The notes beneath the pieces were generated by a model. It saw only the letters and a list, made by a program, of their open reading frames with translations, was not told the DNA's origin and did not search any database. From Omnitrophica WOR_2 bacterium GWF2_43_52 (GTDB lineage: Bacteria; Omnitrophota; Gorgyraeia; Gygaellales; UBA12090), in the NCBI GenBank assembly GCA_001805445.1, contig MHGF01000036.1, positions 96,010 to 155,821 of the forward strand: a stretch of 59,812 nucleotides of DNA. The letters are read 5' to 3'. The stretch's first letter is position 1. Each line of letters opens with the position of its first letter. Shown one piece after another: positions 1-8,284 of the stretch. The position numbers were made by a program, and so were the translations under genes.

Positions 1-98
1 GGCGATGGACGATAGGCGATGGACGATAGGCGATAGGCGATGGACGATAGGCGATGGACGATAGGCGATAGGCGATGGACGATAGGCGATAGGCGAAT
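1..98. repeat. Tandem 7-nt word repeat (GGCGATG / GACGATA / GGCGATA) running into the window edge
   Basis: Read directly. Units GGCGATGGACGATA and GGCGATA alternate for about 13 heptads. Probably one arm of an element truncated by the window start. Confidence 0.85.
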
Positions 99-107
99 AT
101 CACTCTA

Positions 108-557
108 ATGATTCGTAAGGCAACGATAAAGGATATTAAGGAAATACAGCGGTTGATTAACAGTTTTGCCGATAAGGATCTTATGCTGCCGCGCTCTTTG
201 AATGAGCTTTATGAAAATATCAGGGACTTCTTTGTGTGTGAGGATAAAAAGAAAGTTATCGGCTGCTCGGCTTTGCATATTTCTTGGGATGATTTAGTTG
301 AGATAAAGTCATTGGCTGTTGATAAGAAATACCAACGTGAAGGCATAGGCAAGGCTTTAGTTGAAACCTGTATTGATGAGGCAAAGAGTTTAGGGGCAAA
401 GAAAGTATTTACCCTTACCTATGTGCCGGATTTTTTTAAGAAAATAGGCTTCGCGCGGATAGCGCACGGCAAATTGCCGCATAAAATTTGGGCTGAGTGC
501 ATCAACTGCCCGAAGTTTCCTGATTGCCGGGAAATAGCATTAATCAAGAAAATATAA
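108..557 (+). CDS. GNAT family N-acetyltransferase (short NAGS-like type)
   Basis: 149 aa. Acetyl-CoA binding region QREGIGKALVETCIDEAKSLGAKKVF and a Cys-containing tail CINCPKFPDC, as in short amino-acid N-acetyltransferases. Confidence 0.75.
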   Translation: MIRKATIKDIKEIQRLINSFADKDLMLPRSLNELYENIRDFFVCEDKKKVIGCSALHISWDDLVEIKSLAVDKKYQREGIGKALVETCIDEAKSLGAKKVFTLTYVPDFFKKIGFARIAHGKLPHKIWAECINCPKFPDCREIALIKKI

Positions 558-559
558 AA

Positions 560-675
560 GTCACCAGGTCACAAAGACACCAAGTCACAGGTAAAAGAAA
601 AAAAGACTTAAAGTGAGTGTATAATTATCGCAAGATTTTAGCGGGTGACGTGGTGGCCTTGTGACGTTGTGACCC
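560..675. repeat. Imperfect long inverted repeat built from 8-nt words (GTCACCAG GTCACAAA GACACCAA GTCACAGG ... complement)
   Basis: Left arm 560-591 and right arm 643-675. By hand, about 24 of 29 aligned positions are complementary. The roughly 50-nt AT-rich spacer contains TATAAT at 620-625. Lies in the leader of the acyl-CoA dehydrogenase gene. Confidence 0.75.
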
Positions 676-695
676 ATTCAATGGAGGATTAACAG

Positions 696-1850
696 ATGAT
701 GGATTATTTGTTGACTGAAGAGCAGGTGATGATTAGAGATTTATGCCGTCAGATTGCTAAAGAAAAAATTGCGCCGCTTGCCGCGGAATATGACAAAAGC
801 GAAAAATTCCCGCATGGGATTATGAAGATTATCGCCGATGCTGACCTCTTTGCGATATTTGTCCCGCTAGAGTATGGTGGAACCGGAGGCAGAGTCTTGG
901 ATATGGCAATTGCTACCGAAGAATTATCGCGTGCCTGCGGAGGGATTGCCGTCTGCTATGCCGCGTCTGCTTTAGGAACGTACCCGATTGTGTTATTTGG
1001 AAATGAAGAGCAGAAAAAGAAATATCTGCCGGATTTAGCCAAAGGCAAGACCATCGCGGCATTCGGCCTTACCGAGCCAGAAGCCGGTTCAGATGCCTCC
1101 GCAATCAAGACTACCGCTGTGAAAAAAGGTGATCATTATGTTTTAAACGGGACAAAACATTTTATCACTAACGGCGGAGAGGCCGGGGTGTATACTGTGG
1201 TTGCCATGACCGACCGTACCAGGGGCGCCAGGGGAGCGTCAGCGTTTATCGTCGAAAAAGGGACTCCCGGTTTTAGCTTTGGCAAAAAAGAAGAGAAGAT
1301 GGGGATACGCGCTTCAACTACCTGCGAGCTTATTTTCACAGATTGCAAAATCCCCAAGGAAAATCTTATTGCCAAGGAAGGCATGGGATTTATTGTCACC
1401 ATGAAGACCTTTGATATGTCCCGTCCCGGAGTCGCCGCGCAGGCACTCGGCATTGCCCAGGGAGCTCTGGATATCGCGGTTAAGTATGCCAAGGAGAGGC
1501 ATCAATTTGGCAAGTCTATTGCTTCTTTTCAAGGAATACAGTGGATGCTTGCGGATATGGCAACCAAGGTTGAGGCATCACGCGCGCTTATCTATGCGGT
1601 TGCAAGGATGGTTGACAGCGGTAATACCAGCGTGGCGAAAGAGTCTGCCATAGCAAAGCTCTTTGCGTCTGATGCCGCGATGGAGGTAAGCACCAACGCC
1701 GTGCAGATTTTAGGCGGCTACGGCTATATGCGGGATTATCCCGCGGAGAAGTTTATGCGCGATGCCAAAATTACCCAGATATACGAAGGAACTAATCAGA
1801 TTCAACGTAACATTATCGCCCTGCAATTGATTAAAGAGATGGCAAAATAG
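696..1850 (+). CDS. Acyl-CoA dehydrogenase (short-chain/butyryl-CoA dehydrogenase-like)
   Basis: 384 aa, family resemblance over the full length. Motifs GLTEPEAGSDA and C-terminal IYEGTNQIQRNIIA. Followed by etfB/etfA. Confidence 0.93.
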   Translation: MMDYLLTEEQVMIRDLCRQIAKEKIAPLAAEYDKSEKFPHGIMKIIADADLFAIFVPLEYGGTGGRVLDMAIATEELSRACGGIAVCYAASALGTYPIVLFGNEEQKKKYLPDLAKGKTIAAFGLTEPEAGSDASAIKTTAVKKGDHYVLNGTKHFITNGGEAGVYTVVAMTDRTRGARGASAFIVEKGTPGFSFGKKEEKMGIRASTTCELIFTDCKIPKENLIAKEGMGFIVTMKTFDMSRPGVAAQALGIAQGALDIAVKYAKERHQFGKSIASFQGIQWMLADMATKVEASRALIYAVARMVDSGNTSVAKESAIAKLFASDAAMEVSTNAVQILGGYGYMRDYPAEKFMRDAKITQIYEGTNQIQRNIIALQLIKEMAK

Positions 1851-1862
1851 GAGGAATGAGCC

Positions 1863-2246
1863 ATGGATCGAAAAGCGAAAGTTTTGATTATTGATGACGA
1901 AGAAGATTTCTGTCATTTTGTAAAACTCAATTTGGAGCGAAGCGGAAAATTCCAGGTATGGGCGTCTACAAAAGCAGTGACAGGAATCAATACCGCCAAG
2001 ATACAGCAGCCGGATGTCATCCTCCTTGATATTCTTATGCCCGAGATGGACGGTTCTCAGGTTGCGGAAAATCTGCTTAATGATGAAGCTACCAAGAAAA
2101 TCCCTATTATCTTCCTTACCGCCTTGGCACAGCGAAAAGAGGTTGAAGACTCAAGCGGTATTATCGGCGGGCGCACCTTTATCGCTAAGCCGGTAACACA
2201 AGATGAACTCATCAAACGCATTGAGGAGGCTATCGGTACGAGTTAA
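1863..2246 (+). CDS. Stand-alone response regulator receiver (CheY-like)
   Basis: 127 aa. Acidic pocket IIDDEED, phospho-acceptor context ILLDILMPEMDG, conserved Lys in IAKP. No output domain. Confidence 0.85.
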   Translation: MDRKAKVLIIDDEEDFCHFVKLNLERSGKFQVWASTKAVTGINTAKIQQPDVILLDILMPEMDGSQVAENLLNDEATKKIPIIFLTALAQRKEVEDSSGIIGGRTFIAKPVTQDELIKRIEEAIGTS

Positions 2247-2277
2247 GAGAAAAGAAAGATAAAAGCGAAGAAGAGAA

Positions 2278-3057
2278 ATGAACATTATCGTCTGCATTAA
2301 ACAAGTTCCGGAAACTACGGAAGTAAGGATCAATCCAGAAACCAATACCCTGATGCGTGAAGGGGTAAAATCTATTATTAACCCATTTGATATGTACGCG
2401 ATAGAGGAGGGTGTGCTAATCCGGGAGAAAGTTGGCGGAAAGGTTACTGTGGTGACTATGGGCCCTCCGCAAGCGGAGGCGGCATTACGAGAAGCAATTT
2501 CACTTGGCGCTGATGAAGCGATTTTATTGTCTGATAGGGCATTTGCCGGAAGCGATACCTGGGCCACAAGTTATACTTTGGCAGCCGCGATAAGAAAAAT
2601 TAAAGATTACCAGCTCATCATTTGCGGAAAACAGGCATCTGACGGCGATACTGCCCAGGTCGGCCCCGGAATTGCAACTCACTTAGATATTCCTCAGGTA
2701 ATTTATGTAAAAAAAGTAGAAGAAATAAAGGATACAACCATTAGGGTTTGGCGCATGACAGAGGATGGTTATGAGGTTATTGAAGCGCCTTTTCCTGTGC
2801 TTTTTACTGTGGTGAAGGAAATTAACACCCCGAGGCTTCCTTCACTTAAAGGAATTATGCGTTCCAAGCAGGCAAAGATTACCGTCTGGACGCATAAAGA
2901 TATTGAAGCGGATTTTGCCCAGCTTGGTTTAAACGGCTCTCCCACCCAAGTGGCAAAGGTATTTACCCCTGCCCCGCGCGGTAAAGGACAGATGTTGTCA
3001 GGGACAACCGATGATATAGTTGCCGGATTGGTTAACATATTAAAGGAACAACAATGA
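2278..3057 (+). CDS. etfB: Electron transfer flavoprotein beta subunit
   Basis: 259 aa. Typical EtfB N-terminus MNIIVCIKQVPE. Position between acd and etfA. Confidence 0.9.
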   Translation: MNIIVCIKQVPETTEVRINPETNTLMREGVKSIINPFDMYAIEEGVLIREKVGGKVTVVTMGPPQAEAALREAISLGADEAILLSDRAFAGSDTWATSYTLAAAIRKIKDYQLIICGKQASDGDTAQVGPGIATHLDIPQVIYVKKVEEIKDTTIRVWRMTEDGYEVIEAPFPVLFTVVKEINTPRLPSLKGIMRSKQAKITVWTHKDIEADFAQLGLNGSPTQVAKVFTPAPRGKGQMLSGTTDDIVAGLVNILKEQQ

Positions 3058-3058
3058 C

Positions 3059-3078
3059 CCTGCCTGTTGACAGGCAGG
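3059..3078 (+). terminator. 8-bp perfect hairpin CCTGCCTG-TTGA-CAGGCAGG after etfB
   Basis: Read directly. There is no U-tract, so it may be an intra-operon RNA structure rather than a terminator. Followed by heptad words CGGTAAA CGGTTAG CGGTACA CGGTACA (3079-3126). Confidence 0.4.
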
Positions 3079-3149
3079 CGTGTACTGTTTACGGTAAACG
3101 GTTAGCGGTACACGGTACACGTAACGTAATCTTTTGTTAGGGTAGTGAA

Positions 3150-4352
3150 ATGCCAATACAAGTTATTTTTGAAAAATGCACCGGTTGTACGGTGTGCGTG
3201 AAGGTATGCCCTTTTGATGCCATTCGGATGATGGATAAGAAGGCAGTCATCAATTTAGATAAATGCACTTTGTGCGGGGCGTGCGCGCCGGCATGCAAGT
3301 TTAAAGCGATTCTTTTGGAGAAATCAGAGGCCGGCAGTCCGAAATCGGATTTAAGGCACTATAAGGGGGTGTGGATATTTGCCGAACAGAGAAAAGGCAA
3401 AGTACAGCCTATTGCCTTTGAATTATTAGGAAAGGCCAGGGAATTAGCCCGAGATTTAGAAACAGATGTTTCGGCGGTACTCTTGGGGGATCGCCTTGAA
3501 GAAGAGATACAGGAACTTATCTGGCGCGGGGCGGATAAAGTGTACGTGGTTGAAAAAAGAGAGTTAGCTAATTATCTGGATGAGCCTTACACAAATGTAA
3601 TCGTTGAGTTAATAAAGAAATATAAACCCGAGGCTTTTCTCTGCGGAGCAACGACTATCGGAAGGTCGCTTATCTCCCGTATCGCCATTAAAATCAAGGC
3701 AGGGCTTACCGCGGATTGCACCGATTTAGCGGTTGACAAGGAAAAAAAGATGCTCCTGCAGACCCGCCCCGCGTTTGGCGGGAACATTATGGCAACGATT
3801 ATCTGCCCCGCGTATAGGCCTCAGATGGCAACGGTGCGCCATAAGGTGTTTCCAGAAAGCCCAAGCGATATGAAGCGTAAAGGAAAGGTTATCAGAGAGA
3901 ATCTTGACGGCCCTATACTTGAAAGCCGCACCAGCCTTTTGGATATCATTGACGAGATTGAATCTACGGTGAACATAGGAGACGCGGATATTATTGTTGC
4001 CGGAGGAAGGGGAATGAAGACCCCTGAGAATTTTAAAATGTTAGAAGATTTGGCTAAAGCGTTGGGCGGCGCGGTCGGGGCCTCGCGTGCCGCGGTAGAT
4101 AGCGGTTGGATGCCTTATTCGCATCAGGTAGGCCAGACTGGCAAGACCGTATGCCCTAAGATATATATTGCCTGTGGTATTTCAGGCCAGATTCAGCATT
4201 TAGTGGGTATGCAATCAGCCAAAACTATCATTGCAATCAATTCTGACCCATACGCTCCTATCTTTAAGATTGCCAATTACGGGATAGTGGCGGATATATT
4301 TGAAATCATTCCCATCTTAACCAGGCGTTTAAAAGAAGTATGTAAAAAGTAG
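3150..4352 (+). CDS. etfA: Electron transfer flavoprotein alpha subunit with N-terminal 2x[4Fe-4S] ferredoxin domain
   Basis: 400 aa. Two ferredoxin motifs, CTGCTVCVKVCP and CTLCGACAPACK, followed by an EtfA body with GISGQIQHLVGM. Confidence 0.9.
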   Translation: MPIQVIFEKCTGCTVCVKVCPFDAIRMMDKKAVINLDKCTLCGACAPACKFKAILLEKSEAGSPKSDLRHYKGVWIFAEQRKGKVQPIAFELLGKARELARDLETDVSAVLLGDRLEEEIQELIWRGADKVYVVEKRELANYLDEPYTNVIVELIKKYKPEAFLCGATTIGRSLISRIAIKIKAGLTADCTDLAVDKEKKMLLQTRPAFGGNIMATIICPAYRPQMATVRHKVFPESPSDMKRKGKVIRENLDGPILESRTSLLDIIDEIESTVNIGDADIIVAGGRGMKTPENFKMLEDLAKALGGAVGASRAAVDSGWMPYSHQVGQTGKTVCPKIYIACGISGQIQHLVGMQSAKTIIAINSDPYAPIFKIANYGIVADIFEIIPILTRRLKEVCKK

Positions 4353-4368
4353 TGCGTGGTAAAAGAGA

Positions 4369-4413
4369 GTTCCAAACCCGCATTGGAACAAGTTTCCAAT
4401 GCGGGTTTGGAAC
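4369..4413 (+). terminator. 20-bp perfect stem-loop (GTTCCAAACCCGCATTGGAA / TTCCAATGCGGGTTTGGAAC)
   Basis: Arms at 4369-4388 and 4394-4413 with a 5-nt loop, 16 nt after the etfA stop. No U-tract follows. Confidence 0.55.
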
Positions 4414-4426
4414 TAGGTAATCTCAA

Positions 4427-5368
4427 GTGAAAAAGACAGCATTAGTTACAGGAGGGGCGGGATTTTTAGGCTCCTATCTTTGCGAGCGTTTACTCGGTTT
4501 AGGTTTTAAGGTCATTTGCCTGGATAATTTAATTACCGGAAACATTAAGAATATCGAAACTTTCCGAAAGGATCCCCGGTTTGAATTTATCCGCCACGAT
4601 GTCAGTAAGCCCATCTTTATTAAGAGTAAAATTGCCTTTGTGCTTCATTTTGCTTCACCCGCGAGCCCTGCCGATTATTTAAACTATCCTATTCAAACCC
4701 TCAAGGTCGGCTCACTCGGAACGCATAACGCCCTGGGAGTAGCCAAGGAAAAAAAAGCGCGTTTTCTTTTGGCCTCTACCTCCGAGGTTTACGGGGACCC
4801 TCTTGTGCATCCTCAAACTGAAGAGTACTGGGGGAATGTGAATTGTATCGGCCCGCGCGGGGTCTATGATGAGGCAAAGCGTTTTGCTGAGGCAATTACT
4901 ATGGCTTATCACCGGGTGCATAAGGTGGACACGCGAATCGTGCGCATTTTTAACACCTATGGGCCCAGGATGCGTAAAAATGACGGCCGGGCAATACCCA
5001 ATTTTATTTCTCAGGCGCTGCTTCATAAGCCTTTGACTGTTTACGGCAAAGGGCGGCAGACGCGCTCATTTTGCTATGTTGATGATTTAATTGACGGGCT
5101 TATCAGGCTTCTGATGAGTTCCGTGGCCTCTCCCGTAAACATCGGGAATCCTAACGAGATGTGTTTGATTGATTTGGCAAAACTGATTGTGAAGTTCGCT
5201 CAGAGTAAAAGTAAAATTCATTTTAAGCCTTTACCCGTAGACGACCCTAAACAGCGCCGTCCTGATATTACAAGGGCAAGAAAATATTTGAAATGGCAGC
5301 CTAAGGTCAGCCTTGCCATGGGGCTTACGAAGACAATCGCCTGGTATAGAACTGTTATGGACACCTGA
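4427..5368 (+). CDS. UDP-glucuronate decarboxylase-like NAD-dependent epimerase/dehydratase (UDP-xylose synthase type)
   Basis: 313 aa, GTG start. Motifs [36 protein letters not shown] and YDEAKR (YxxxK). Confidence 0.82.
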   Translation: MKKTALVTGGAGFLGSYLCERLLGLGFKVICLDNLITGNIKNIETFRKDPRFEFIRHDVSKPIFIKSKIAFVLHFASPASPADYLNYPIQTLKVGSLGTHNALGVAKEKKARFLLASTSEVYGDPLVHPQTEEYWGNVNCIGPRGVYDEAKRFAEAITMAYHRVHKVDTRIVRIFNTYGPRMRKNDGRAIPNFISQALLHKPLTVYGKGRQTRSFCYVDDLIDGLIRLLMSSVASPVNIGNPNEMCLIDLAKLIVKFAQSKSKIHFKPLPVDDPKQRRPDITRARKYLKWQPKVSLAMGLTKTIAWYRTVMDT

Positions 5369-6762
5369 TGAGCGAAGCAGCGATACTAGTGGTGGTTATT
5401 GTTTTAGGCAGTGGTGTCGCTTTAGGATTGGTATATTTCGCCAGCCTTTCCGGGCATACAAACCTCAAGGGGGGGAAAAATAAAATAGTCAGAGACTTCG
5501 CCGGAAGCGATACCCTCAAACAGGCAATAGCTTCCCAGATAGTCTCGGCAGTAGATTCGGAAAAGGCCTGCCTGCGTTTAAGCGAGGCGGTAACCGATAT
5601 TGTTGGCAAGGAGCTGGAAAAAAGGCTTACGCAGAACAGCCAGGAGCTAAGCCAGAAATATGAAACCATCATTAAGGAAAAAACGCATAACGAGGAAATT
5701 GCCTGGCGGAAATATCAAAAAGTAGCGGAGGATAAAAAGGAAACCGAGGCAGTTATTCACAGTATCGCCGAAGGCCTGGTCGTGGTAGATTCCCATGGTA
5801 AGGTGATTATGATGAATCCCGCGGCAGAGAAACTCCTGGGGGTTTCAAAGAAAGATAAGCTGGGCCAGCAAATAACCGATAACATGAAAGATGAACAGCT
5901 GGTTTCCCTTATCAGAAAACACCCGGGTAAGGAGGGTAGAGAGATAGAGCTGGCGACCCACGCCGATGAGACAAAAAAAACACTGCGGGCAAGCACTGCG
6001 GTTATAGAGAATGAAGAGGGTAAGACCGTTGGCATGGTTTCAGTCTTAAGCGATATTACGAAGCAAAAAGAACTGGATCAGATGAAATCTGGTTTTGTGG
6101 CTAATGTTTCTCATGAATTGCGCACACCCCTTGTTGCCATGGAAAAATCAATTGCTTTGATTTTAAATAAGGATGCGGGCCCTCTTACCCAGACGCAGGA
6201 GCAGTTTTTGAGCATTGCCCATCGTAATCTCGAGCGGCTTAGCGGCTTGATTAATGATTTATTAAATCTTTCTAAGTTTGAGGCCGGGAAGGTTGAACTT
6301 AAAAAGAGTCCTGTAGCAATTGATAAGGTAATTATAGAGTCTATTGAGGGAATCCAAAACTGGGCAAAGGCACGGGGCGTTCTAGTCATCACTAAGATTG
6401 AAGCATCGCTTCCGGAGATAACGGTTGATGCTAACCGTATTATTCAGGTATTAACCAACCTTATCAGTAACGCGATTAAATTTACGCCTCAAGGCGGCAC
6501 CATCACCGTTGAAGCAAAGCTTTTTGACGCGCAATCTATGCTCATCAGCGTTGCTGATACTGGTATAGGTATCGCCAAAGAAAACCTTTCTAAGCTTTTT
6601 GAAAAGTTTTACCAAGTCGGGGAACGGGTGGCAACCGATATCAGCGGAACAGGCATAGGCTTATCAATAGTCAAAGAGATTGTTGAGCTGCACCGCGGCA
6701 GGATTTGGGCAGAGAGCGAAAAAGGGCAAGGCGCGAAATTTACTTTTACCTTACCGGTATAG
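5368..6762 (+). CDS. Sensor histidine kinase (TM, coiled coil, PAS, HisKA, HATPase_c)
   Basis: 464 aa. PAS-like AEGLVVVDSHGKVIMMNPAAEKLLG, H-box SHELRTPL, N box NLISNAIKFT, G boxes DTGIGI and GTGIGLSIV. Confidence 0.9.
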   Translation: MSEAAILVVVIVLGSGVALGLVYFASLSGHTNLKGGKNKIVRDFAGSDTLKQAIASQIVSAVDSEKACLRLSEAVTDIVGKELEKRLTQNSQELSQKYETIIKEKTHNEEIAWRKYQKVAEDKKETEAVIHSIAEGLVVVDSHGKVIMMNPAAEKLLGVSKKDKLGQQITDNMKDEQLVSLIRKHPGKEGREIELATHADETKKTLRASTAVIENEEGKTVGMVSVLSDITKQKELDQMKSGFVANVSHELRTPLVAMEKSIALILNKDAGPLTQTQEQFLSIAHRNLERLSGLINDLLNLSKFEAGKVELKKSPVAIDKVIIESIEGIQNWAKARGVLVITKIEASLPEITVDANRIIQVLTNLISNAIKFTPQGGTITVEAKLFDAQSMLISVADTGIGIAKENLSKLFEKFYQVGERVATDISGTGIGLSIVKEIVELHRGRIWAESEKGQGAKFTFTLPV

Positions 6763-6791
6763 GCGTAGCTTGCCAAAAGTGAGGTAGGAAC

Positions 6792-6860
6792 ATGTTAAAA
6801 GCGGATATCAGGGTATTAGGGGATTGGTGTTTGGAAATCAGGAAATTGGGGATTAGGAAA
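6792..6860. repeat. Solo arm of an 8-nt word repeat (GGATATCA GGGTATTA GGGGATTG ... AAATCAGG AAATTGGG GATTAGGA), preceded by ATGTTAAAAG
   Basis: Read directly. Same word family and same 5' boundary motif as the element at 49682-49870. Confidence 0.7.
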
Positions 6861-6913
6861 GAAACACGGAAAAACATGGTCAATGATATAGAGAATATGA
6901 GTAGAGGTTAGAT

Positions 6914-7303
6914 ATGGAAGAAAAAAATATTAAGGTTTTGGTTACCGATGATGAAGATGATTTCAGGCTGCTCATGAGCTTCTGGCTTCAATCCAAGGGG
7001 TATCAAGTCATTGCTGCCAGTAACGGCGAAGAAGCGATTAAATTGATACAGTCTGAGTCTCCGGATATTGTTTTTATGGATTTGAATATGCCGGTCATGG
7101 ACGGAGCGGAAACTATCAAAAAAGTGAGGGAATTTAATAAGGATATTCCTATTATTCTTATCAGCGCGTATTTGGATGACGTCAAAGTTAAGGATGCGAC
7201 GAGCCATGGTATTGCCGGGGTATTCTTTAAAGGTAAGGATTTTTCGCAAGGCCTGAGTTTACTTGAAACCGTATTACGGAAGCATAAAAACCTGCAAAAA
7301 TAA
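6914..7303 (+). CDS. Stand-alone response regulator receiver
   Basis: 129 aa. VTDDEDD and VFMDLNMPVMDG. No output domain. Downstream of the histidine kinase. Confidence 0.85.
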   Translation: MEEKNIKVLVTDDEDDFRLLMSFWLQSKGYQVIAASNGEEAIKLIQSESPDIVFMDLNMPVMDGAETIKKVREFNKDIPIILISAYLDDVKVKDATSHGIAGVFFKGKDFSQGLSLLETVLRKHKNLQK

Positions 7304-7438
7304 GAGGATAGGTATAGGCTTTGTTACTAGTACAATGTTACATAAATTTATGTCATAATGTAGTTACCGTAGGGGTCAGCGTAAGCTGACCTTGTAATAT
7401 CGTTGCCTTACGGCAACCGCTACTAATGAACTAAACCT

Positions 7439-8284
7439 ATGTATGAAGAATACTGGCGGTTAAAAGAGAAGCCGTTTGAAAATACCCCTGATCCGCGGTT
7501 TATTTATTATTCTCAGCGCCACGAAGAGGCTTTATCGCGCATGCTTTATGCTATGCGGGAGCGCAAGGGGGCCGCGCTTTTAACCGGAGAATGCGGCAGT
7601 GGAAAGACGCTCCTGAGCCGTGTCCTTTGGCAGGAATTACAGCAGGAAAACCGCTACCGTGCGGCCTTTATCCTTAACCCGAGGCTTTCCAGCTTTGAAT
7701 TTGTCCAGGAGATATTCTTGCAGCTTTCCGGTACCAATGCCGCCCTCACGAAAATTGATTTGTTTCATGCCCTGCATAATGTGTTGTATTCAAATTATGA
7801 CGCGGATAAGCACAGTATTATTGTCATTGATGAGGCCCAGGCCATAAGCCAGGAAGATATTTTTGAGGAATTGCGCCTCCTGCTTAATTTTCAGCTTAAT
7901 AATAGTTTTCTGCTTACCTTAATTCTCTTGGGGCAGCCTGAGCTAAAAGAACGGATACATACATTGCCTCAGCTAAGGCAAAGGATTGCCATTAAGTACC
8001 ATTTAAATGCCCTTTCAAAAGAAGAAACCAGCGGCTACATCAGGCATCGTCTCAAGGTGGCAGGTTCAAAAGAACCGATATTCCATGAGGATAGCCTGGA
8101 GGAGATTTACCGGTTTTCTGGCGGGATACCTCGGAGGATTAATAATATCTGTGATATGGCATTATTGATAGGCTATAGCAAGAAGCTCACCGGAATCGAT
8201 AAAAAGATAATCACTGAGGTAGCCCTTGATTTAGGGGAGGCGATGATGCATGAGGCCAAACATTTAGAGGTGCAGGTAGAATGA
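7439..8284 (+). CDS. ExeA/GspA/MshM-like AAA ATPase, paralog 1
   Basis: 281 aa. N-terminal PFENTPDPRF, Walker A GECGSGKT, Walker B IIVIDEAQ, GGIPRRINNICD. No peptidoglycan-binding C-terminal domain. Confidence 0.8.
   Translation: MYEEYWRLKEKPFENTPDPRFIYYSQRHEEALSRMLYAMRERKGAALLTGECGSGKTLLSRVLWQELQQENRYRAAFILNPRLSSFEFVQEIFLQLSGTNAALTKIDLFHALHNVLYSNYDADKHSIIVIDEAQAISQEDIFEELRLLLNFQLNNSFLLTLILLGQPELKERIHTLPQLRQRIAIKYHLNALSKEETSGYIRHRLKVAGSKEPIFHEDSLEEIYRFSGGIPRRINNICDMALLIGYSKKLTGIDKKIITEVALDLGEAMMHEAKHLEVQVE

Noticed and set aside
1-98. CRISPR array, considered for this and the other direct-repeat tracts.
   Set aside because: The units are 7-8 nt and contiguous, with no unique spacers of 25-40 nt. 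No cas genes are in the window.
1136-1492. Antisense and alternate-frame ORFs inside strong plus-strand genes. Examples: 1136-1492, 2151-2567, 30110-30544, 35132-35674, 39532-39954, 43607-44038, 45804-46250, 47879-48274 and 59093-59374.
   Set aside because: Each lies wholly within a CDS that has clear family motifs on the other strand or frame. Their translations are low-complexity (Ser/Pro/Ala/Ile-rich) with no recognisable domains. They are typical shadow ORFs.
6792-6911. Short ORFs starting at the shared ATGTTAAAAG motif: 39 aa at 6792, 21 aa at 48607 and 39 aa at 49682. The 6792 and 49682 ORFs begin MLK.DI...GDW.
   Set aside because: The similarity is confined to the repeat boundary. The rest is translated word repeat, which differs between copies. 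One start overlaps the WbqC stop with no RBS. They are more parsimoniously explained as DNA/RNA elements.
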